64,000 nt of DNA from Candidatus Versatilivorator sp. (GTDB taxonomy: Bacteria; Acidobacteriota; Terriglobia; Versatilivoradales; Versatilivoraceae): NCBI GenBank assembly GCA_965207735.1, contig OZ242296.1, positions 160,001-224,000 on the forward strand, read 5' to 3'. Below are positions 58,044 through 64,000 of this stretch, piece by piece. The position numbers were made by a program, and so were the translations under genes. The first letter of the stretch is position 1. Every line of letters begins with the position of its first letter. The notes below the pieces were generated by a model. It was given only the letters and a program-made list of their open reading frames with translations, did not search any database and had not been told where the DNA came from.

Positions 58044-61000
58044 CTATTCCCGAGCCGCCAGAAAGGCGCCGTCTCCGCTGCGCTCGCCGGGGTTGCCTCC
58101 GTCGTTGATGACCCCGTAGGCCAGGAAGGGGTTGTTGCCGGAAATCTTGCGGATGCGGACATATCCCTGAGTGGTTCCCTCCGCATAGTCCCGCAGAATG
58201 CTGTTGATCTGGAGCCATCCCCTGGCCGGTACTGTCCTGCCTGTAATCGTCCTGACCAGCAGGCCTGTATCCCCGTCGTAGATATCGATGCTGAAGACAC
58301 TCTCGCTGTCATCGACCTCTCCGGTGTTGACCAGGGCCAGGTTGCTGCGGCTCTCACGGTTCTGCTGCAGGCCCTCCACCCAGGCCACTCGGCTGAAGGC
58401 CGCACCGGAGGGCACGGCCTTGTAGAAGACGCCGTACTGGCCTCCCGCGACCAGGGCCGGCGAGACCGTCCGGGCTCCAATCACGATCCCGCTCATGTCG
58501 TCCCCTTCCACCCAGGCGAACAGGGCCCCGGCCAGACCGCCTGCCGGACCGATGCCGGAAACACCTTCCCCTCTCAGCTCGTTGACGAGGTCGGGGGTGA
58601 TGACCTGCCGCCCGGATTCCAGGGGCAGGCTGAATTCGGCTGCTCGGTCGGGTGTGTCCACCCCTTCGGAGACGAAGGCGAAGCTCACCCTCTTGTCCTG
58701 GTCCGAGAAATTGGTCACCGTCAGTTCGCTGGTGAAGGCGTCCCTCTCCAGGATCACCGGCAGGGTCTGCCCCGTGGTCGCCGCCAGCGAGCCGGCCGTC
58801 ACCGGAAGGACGAAGGATCCATCCGAATTGGCCTGATCGTTGATGACCGCGTAGGCGTAGAAGGGAGCCCCTCCGGCTGTCTTCTCTACCCGGACGAATC
58901 CGTTGGCCAGACTGCCCAACACGCCGTCGTACTGGTGGAACCCGCCCGGCTCCAGGGTCACTTCGTCCAGCAGGGTGGGGTCGGAGCCGGCACCATCTCC
59001 CGAAAAGATGGCCACCCTCAGCCTGATGGAGCCCTCCGCCGTGGTTCCCATGTTCTGGATGGCCAGGTTGGAGCGGTCGTGAGGGGTCTGACGCAAGCCT
59101 GCCAGATAGACCGGCTCCTGGAATCCGCCCGTGTCCGGAACACCGGCATAAGCCAGTCCGGCTCGTCCCTGGGGAACCGCGGTGGTGGTTCGCACCGACA
59201 CCCCCACCGTCGAATCGGCCGCGAACTCCACCGCCAGTGTTCCAATGCGATTTCCGCCGCCGGGAATGGGAACGCCCAGACCGCGCAGGTACTCGATGGC
59301 GTTGGGTACGATCTTCTGCTTCCCGACGGCCACCACGTCGGTGGCGGTCCCACTGCCGCCGCCTCGTTGGGCCGTATAGGTGTAGGTGAGGGCGGCTTCC
59401 GCGGCTCCCCGGTTGGTCAGAGTCATTTCGGAGGTGTAGAAGGAACGGTTCCTGCCGGCCGCACTCAAGATGACCGGCACAAAGGAGCGGTTCAGGCCGA
59501 CGCCGCCAGGGCCGGTCACGGTGATGGTGTGGGCGGCGGGGCCGGGAGGCTCCGACAGCAGGGTCTCGGCCTTAAGGAAGGGTGCGTCGGGGCCTATTCC
59601 GTCAGATGGGCTCAGCCGGATCTCGGAAAGTTCACCCAGCGTGAGCAGGATGGTCTTACCTGCTACGGCATTGTCGATGAGGTCAAGTGTGATTTCCTTG
59701 CGGGTCTCCCCGGCTGCAAACAGCAAGCCCTCATCGGGAGAAGGAGACAGGTCGGCATAGTCGGTCGAGGCGGCGGTTCCGCCAACGCCATAGGGCACTC
59801 GAAGGGACACCGGCAGCGCCTGGTGCAGGGTCACGGATGCCGTCACTCTTGTTCCCGGGGCCACGGTCTGCGCGGTCGGATCGAAGCCCAGACGAGCCTT
59901 CAGGGTGGCGTCTACATGGAGTCCCTGGTTCTCCGGGCCAATTCCGAGCGTGTAGAGCGCGTCGTCGAGAAGACCCGGGGGCAAGGCCTCCAGACGGTTG
60001 CCTTCCAGGCGCAGTTCTTCCAGACTGCTCAGCCCCCGGAAGATTTCCGGTGGCAGGGAGGTGATGGAGTTGTGACTGAGTCGCAGCCTCTGCAGGTGGC
60101 TCAAACCACCAAACACCCCTTTGGGCAGTGTAATAAGAGAATTCCGGTCCAGCAGCAGAGTCCTCAGGTTGCCCAGACCCAGGAAGACCTCCTGGGGTAA
60201 TTCTCTCAGCCGGTTTCCCTGAAGCCACAACAGGTCCAGCCTGGCCGGTTGCAGGGGCGTGTCCATCGGCGTAGACGGTTCCGTGTCGCTCAGCTTCAGA
60301 AAGAGCCCACCGGGTAGTTCCATCAGGGAGTTCTCGTGCAATTTGAGTACCTGCAATGCGCTCAGTCCGTCGAAGACCCCCTTGGGCAGAGCCGTCAGGG
60401 AGTTTGAGCCGAGGTTCAAGTCGGACAGACGGCTCAGATCGTGAAACACGGCCTCCGGAACCTCGATTAGGGAATTCCCGTTCAGCCGCAGGGTTTCCAG
60501 GTTGCCCAGTCCACTGAAGATCCCTTCCGGGAGGGCTGCGAGAGCGTTGTGGCCCAGGTCCAGCCATGTCAAGCTGCTCAATCCGTTGAAGTCCCGGGGG
60601 CGGACGGTATGGATTTCGGTTTGTTGCAGGTCGAGCCGGGTCACGGAAGCCAGGTGCCTTGGGGTGAACTGCCCGCAGGCCGATACACCGGTGGCCTCCA
60701 GCAGCTTGTCCCTCACCTGGGATGTGCGGTCGCAGATCCCACCGGTGGTAGAACCCGGGTCGAGGTTGGAGACTGTCAGGGTATGGGTGGTTCCATCGGG
60801 AGGAATCGACAGCAGGGTTTCAGCCTCAAGGAAGGGTGCCTTGGGTCCCGTCCCGTCGGATGGGAGCAGTTCGACTTCCGAGCCTTGGCCCAGGGACAGC
60901 ACAATCGTCTTCCCCGCGTCGCCGGCGCCCTCGAGCAGAGACAGAGTGATCTCCTTGCGGGTTTCCCCGGCCGCAAACAGCAGACCTTCCTCGGGCGAAG

Positions 61001-63998
61001 GAGACAGATCGGCATGGTCGGCCGAGGAAGCATCGGCGTCGACAGCGAAAGGCACGCGCACGGACACCGGCAGTGCCCGATGCAAGGTCACCGGCACCGT
61101 CACCCTGGTTCCCGGGCCTGCGGTCTGCGCGGCCGGAGCGAAGCCCAGCTTGGCCTTCAAGGTGGCGTCCACATGGAGTCCTTCGTTATCGGGGCCAATG
61201 CCCAACTCGGGGAGGGGATCGTCGAGAAGGCCCGGGGGCAAGGCTGCCAGTCGGTTGCCATCCAGACGTAGCTCCTCAAGTCGGCTCAGCCCCCGGAAGA
61301 TCTTTCGAGGCAAACCGGCCAGCGAGTTCAGGCTCAGGTTCAGTCTACCCAGGTGGCTCAGTCCCTCGAAAACGGCTTCGGGCAAGGAAATGAGGCGGTT
61401 GCGGTCCAGTGCCAACCGTTGCAGATTGTCGATCCCCAGGAAGATTCCCTCGGGCAGAGAAGCAATGGAGTTGTCGCTGAGATACAGCACCTGCAGATGG
61501 CTCAAACCACGGAAGATTCCCTCGGGCATGGCAATGAGCGAGTTGCCATCGAGCAGCAGGATCCGGAGGTTTCCCAGGCCCTGGAAGGCGTCCTCGGTCA
61601 ATGTGCTCAGGCGGTTTCCCTGGAGCCAGAGCGTTTCCAGTCTGGCCGCTCTGCTGGGACCGCCGATGGGGATAAATTCCTCCAGCTCGCTCAAATCCAG
61701 AAAGAGACCTCCGGGCAATTCCATCAGAGAGTTGTCGTGCAACTTGAGTAACTGCAGTGCGTTCAGTCCGTCGAAGACGCCCTCGGGCAATGCCGTCAGC
61801 GAGTTTGAGCCCAGGTTCAAATCGACCAGACGGCCCAGGTCCCGGAACACCTCATCCGGTAGTTCGGTCAGAGAGTTGCCGTTCAGCCACAGGGTTCCCA
61901 GGTTTCCAAGCCCGCTGAAGATCCCCTCGGGAAGCGCGGTGAGAGCGTTGCTACGCAAGCCCAGCCAAGTCAGGCTGCTCAGTCCGCTGAAGAGGTTCTG
62001 GGGGAGAGTGCTCAAGGCGTTCCCCGACATTTCCAGGCTTTCGAGGCTGTTCGATCCGGCGAAGATTCCCTCGGGAAGAGTCGCAAGCAGATTGTCCTGC
62101 AAGTTCAAGCTGGTGAGGGACGTCAATCCGTTGAAGTCCTGGACTTGCAGTGAATGAATTCCGGTCCGTCGCAAGTCAAGCAGGGTGACGGCTGCCAGTT
62201 GGCCCGCTGTGACCTGTCCGCAGGCCGATTCCCCGGTGGCCTCCATAAGCCTTTCCCTTACCTGCGGAGTGCGGTCGCAGATGCCCCCGGTGGTGGATCC
62301 GGGGTCAGAGTTGGCAACGGTCAGAGTATGGGATGCTGCTTCGGGAGAGCGGGACAGCAGGGTTTCGGCCGCCAGGAAGCGAGCATCCGGACCCTTCCCG
62401 TCGGACCGTCGCAGGCGGATCCGGGGGAGCTCGCCTAGCGTAAAAACCAGCGTTTTAGCCAGCCTGTCGGCGCCCGCCATAAGGGACAGGCCGATTTGCT
62501 GCTGGGTTTCTCCAGCGGGAAACAGCAACCCCTCATCCGGGGCAGGGGACAGGTCGGCATAGTCGGCCGAGGTTGCGGTGCCGCCCAGGCTGTAGGGGAG
62601 CCGCACGGCCACTGGCAGCGGGCGGTGCAAGGTCACCATGACCTGGGTGTCGGCTCCCGGGGCGGCGGTCCCGGCGGGGAAGGCAAAGGATGCTTCCGCC
62701 TTCAGGGCGGTGTCCACACGGAGTCCCGGGCCGTCCCTGACGCCGCCCAGGGTGGCCAGGTTCCGGTCGAAGACTCCCTCGGGCAGGGCGACCAGGGGGT
62801 TGTCCTCCAACGCCAGATCCCGAAGGAGCAGCAACTCGAGAAAGATCCCAGCGGGGAGTTCCCTCAGTGAGTTCCGATTCAGGGTCAGGCGTTTCAGGCC
62901 CCTGAGATGGCTGAAGACTCCCTCGGGCAGCGACCTGAGATCGTTTCCGTGGAGCAGCAATTGGACCAACCGGCTCAATCCGGTAAAGACCCCGTCCGGC
63001 AGCCCCCTGAGGGAGTTCTCGTCCAGAGTCAGAATCTGGAGAAGGTGCAGGTCCTTGAAAATCCCGGCGGGCAGGGTCCGCAATCGGTTGTGGCGGAGTT
63101 GCAGTTCCACCAGAGTGCTCAGCCCCGCGAAGACTTCCTTGGGGAGTTCCCTCAGCGAGTTCGAATCCAGAGTCAAGCGTTGCAGGAGGTTCAATCCGAG
63201 GAAGGTCCCGCTTGCCAGGGCCTCCAGCAGGTTGTGATCCAATGACAGGCTTGTCAGCGAGCCCAACCCGTGAAAGATCTCTTCGGGCAGCCCGGTCAGG
63301 AGGTTATGGTCCAGTTTCAGCGTTTGCAAGCTGACCGTACCGCGAAAGACGTCTTCCTGCAGAGTCGTCAAAGAGTTCTCCTGCATCCAGAGCCCATTCA
63401 GGCTGCTCAAGTCGCGGAAGGCTCCGTCGGGCAGGCTGCTCAGCGAGTTTCCCAGCAACGACAGACCCTCCAGCTTGCTCAACCCGGTGAAGGCGTCCAA
63501 CGGTAGTACCGTCAGCAAGTTTTCCGCGAGGGACAGATAGATGAGTTCAGACAACCCGCTGAAAATCCCATTCGGCAAGTTCTCGAGCCGGTTTCCGTAC
63601 AGCCAGAGTCGTTCCAGAGAGCCCAGGTCCCTGAAGAGTTCGGGGGGTAATTCGCTCAATTGATTGGAATTCAGAGCCAGCTGTTCCAGGCGGCCCAGAC
63701 CGTGGAAAAGGGATGACGGAAGAATGGTGAGAACGTTTCCGTAGAGGCGCAAGCGTTGGAGCCGGCTCAGGCCCCTCAGGTCGTGGGCCTGAAGGGCGCT
63801 GATGCCGGACTCGGATAGGTCCAGCAGGGTCACGGCGGCCAAGTGCTCGGGAGTGACGTCCTCACAGGAGGAGACGCCGGTGGTCTCCACCAGCTTGTCC
63901 CGCACCTGCGGCGTGCGGTCGCAGATCCCCTGGGTGTTTGCTGCGGCCGGCGTCGTCAGGAACCAGCCGATCGACCAGGCGGAGAGGAGCAGGATTCG
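58044..63998 (-). CDS. Giant secreted leucine-rich-repeat protein: 3 x [Cys cap + LRRs + Calx-beta-like] + C-terminal beta domains (start beyond window)
   Basis: Frame stays open past 63905 (RILLLSAWSIGWFLTTPAAANTQGICDRTPQVR, signal-peptide-like). 24-aa LRRs LxxLxLxxNxLxxLPxxxFxxLxx number 15+13+9 by manual count. GGTATSADY..LLFxAGET Calx-beta-like motif. Confidence 0.92.
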   Translation of the reverse strand, partial: RILLLSAWSIGWFLTTPAAANTQGICDRTPQVRDKLVETTGVSSCEDVTPEHLAAVTLLDLSESGISALQAHDLRGLSRLQRLRLYGNVLTILPSSLFHGLGRLEQLALNSNQLSELPPELFRDLGSLERLWLYGNRLENLPNGIFSGLSELIYLSLAENLLTVLPLDAFTGLSKLEGLSLLGNSLSSLPDGAFRDLSSLNGLWMQENSLTTLQEDVFRGTVSLQTLKLDHNLLTGLPEEIFHGLGSLTSLSLDHNLLEALASGTFLGLNLLQRLTLDSNSLRELPKEVFAGLSTLVELQLRHNRLRTLPAGIFKDLHLLQILTLDENSLRGLPDGVFTGLSRLVQLLLHGNDLRSLPEGVFSHLRGLKRLTLNRNSLRELPAGIFLELLLLRDLALEDNPLVALPEGVFDRNLATLGGVRDGPGLRVDTALKAEASFAFPAGTAAPGADTQVMVTLHRPLPVAVRLPYSLGGTATSADYADLSPAPDEGLLFPAGETQQQIGLSLMAGADRLAKTLVFTLGELPRIRLRRSDGKGPDARFLAAETLLSRSPEAASHTLTVANSDPGSTTGGICDRTPQVRERLMEATGESACGQVTAGQLAAVTLLDLRRTGIHSLQVQDFNGLTSLTSLNLQDNLLATLPEGIFAGSNSLESLEMSGNALSTLPQNLFSGLSSLTWLGLRSNALTALPEGIFSGLGNLGTLWLNGNSLTELPDEVFRDLGRLVDLNLGSNSLTALPEGVFDGLNALQLLKLHDNSLMELPGGLFLDLSELEEFIPIGGPSRAARLETLWLQGNRLSTLTEDAFQGLGNLRILLLDGNSLIAMPEGIFRGLSHLQVLYLSDNSIASLPEGIFLGIDNLQRLALDRNRLISLPEAVFEGLSHLGRLNLSLNSLAGLPRKIFRGLSRLEELRLDGNRLAALPPGLLDDPLPELGIGPDNEGLHVDATLKAKLGFAPAAQTAGPGTRVTVPVTLHRALPVSVRVPFAVDADASSADHADLSPSPEEGLLFAAGETRKEITLSLLEGAGDAGKTIVLSLGQGSEVELLPSDGTGPKAPFLEAETLLSIPPDGTTHTLTVSNLDPGSTTGGICDRTSQVRDKLLEATGVSACGQFTPRHLASVTRLDLQQTEIHTVRPRDFNGLSSLTWLDLGHNALAALPEGIFSGLGNLETLRLNGNSLIEVPEAVFHDLSRLSDLNLGSNSLTALPKGVFDGLSALQVLKLHENSLMELPGGLFLKLSDTEPSTPMDTPLQPARLDLLWLQGNRLRELPQEVFLGLGNLRTLLLDRNSLITLPKGVFGGLSHLQRLRLSHNSITSLPPEIFRGLSSLEELRLEGNRLEALPPGLLDDALYTLGIGPENQGLHVDATLKARLGFDPTAQTVAPGTRVTASVTLHQALPVSLRVPYGVGGTAASTDYADLSPSPDEGLLFAAGETRKEITLDLIDNAVAGKTILLTLGELSEIRLSPSDGIGPDAPFLKAETLLSEPPGPAAHTITVTGPGGVGLNRSFVPVILSAAGRNRSFYTSEMTLTNRGAAEAALTYTYTAQRGGGSGTATDVVAVGKQKIVPNAIEYLRGLGVPIPGGGNRIGTLAVEFAADSTVGVSVRTTTAVPQGRAGLAYAGVPDTGGFQEPVYLAGLRQTPHDRSNLAIQNMGTTAEGSIRLRVAIFSGDGAGSDPTLLDEVTLEPGGFHQYDGVLGSLANGFVRVEKTAGGAPFYAYAVINDQANSDGSFVLPVTAGSLAATTGQTLPVILERDAFTSELTVTNFSDQDKRVSFAFVSEGVDTPDRAAEFSLPLESGRQVITPDLVNELRGEGVSGIGPAGGLAGALFAWVEGDDMSGIVIGARTVSPALVAGGQYGVFYKAVPSGAAFSRVAWVEGLQQNRESRSNLALVNTGEVDDSESVFSIDIYDGDTGLLVRTITGRTVPARGWLQINSILRDYAEGTTQGYVRIRKISGNNPFLAYGVINDGGNPGERSGDGAFLAARE

Positions 63999-64000
63999 GA

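Noticed and set aside
58044-63998. Diversity-generating retroelement acting on the LRR gene
   Set aside because: No reverse transcriptase and no adenine-specific template/variable repeat pair was seen. Differences between modules involve all bases.

Overview
GC-rich bacterial window. Gene content (Tat/lipoprotein-rich hypotheticals, CRTAC1/ASPIC-UnbV proteins, multi-module LRR surface protein, Sel1 relic) suggests an Acidobacteriota-like, possibly animal/sponge-associated organism; this is inference. All product calls come from motif recognition, as no database search was run. Layout: (1) 1-19 kb is metabolic and periplasmic: TolB-PHP hydrolase, PQQ propeller, a TPP-decarboxylase alpha/beta pair split by four genes, korAB, M20 amidohydrolase, HAD phosphatase. 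(2) 19.4-24 kb is a decayed accessory patch: higBA, 205-bp MITEs, relaxase-like and Sel1 relics. (3) gap, DUF309 and a stand-alone double-Cache protein follow. (4) One ~37-kb minus-strand run (64000 to 26759) carries a giant LRR protein, a pentaheme-TPR cytochrome with two CRTAC1/ASPIC proteins, and a DUF4159/GATase/TPR-HEXXH/MoxR/DUF58/BatA/DUF4175-like cluster. The run ends in an 8-gene module translationally coupled to that cluster and built around an orphan GlmL(MutL)-type ASKHA ATPase, a barrel-sandwich/KOW protein, an Fn3-DUF6754-like protein and three more membrane proteins. No glutamate mutase genes are present. This module is the best candidate for an uncharacterised system. Intergenic DNA holds several families of modular inverted-repeat elements. 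No rRNA, tRNA or CRISPR array was recognised.
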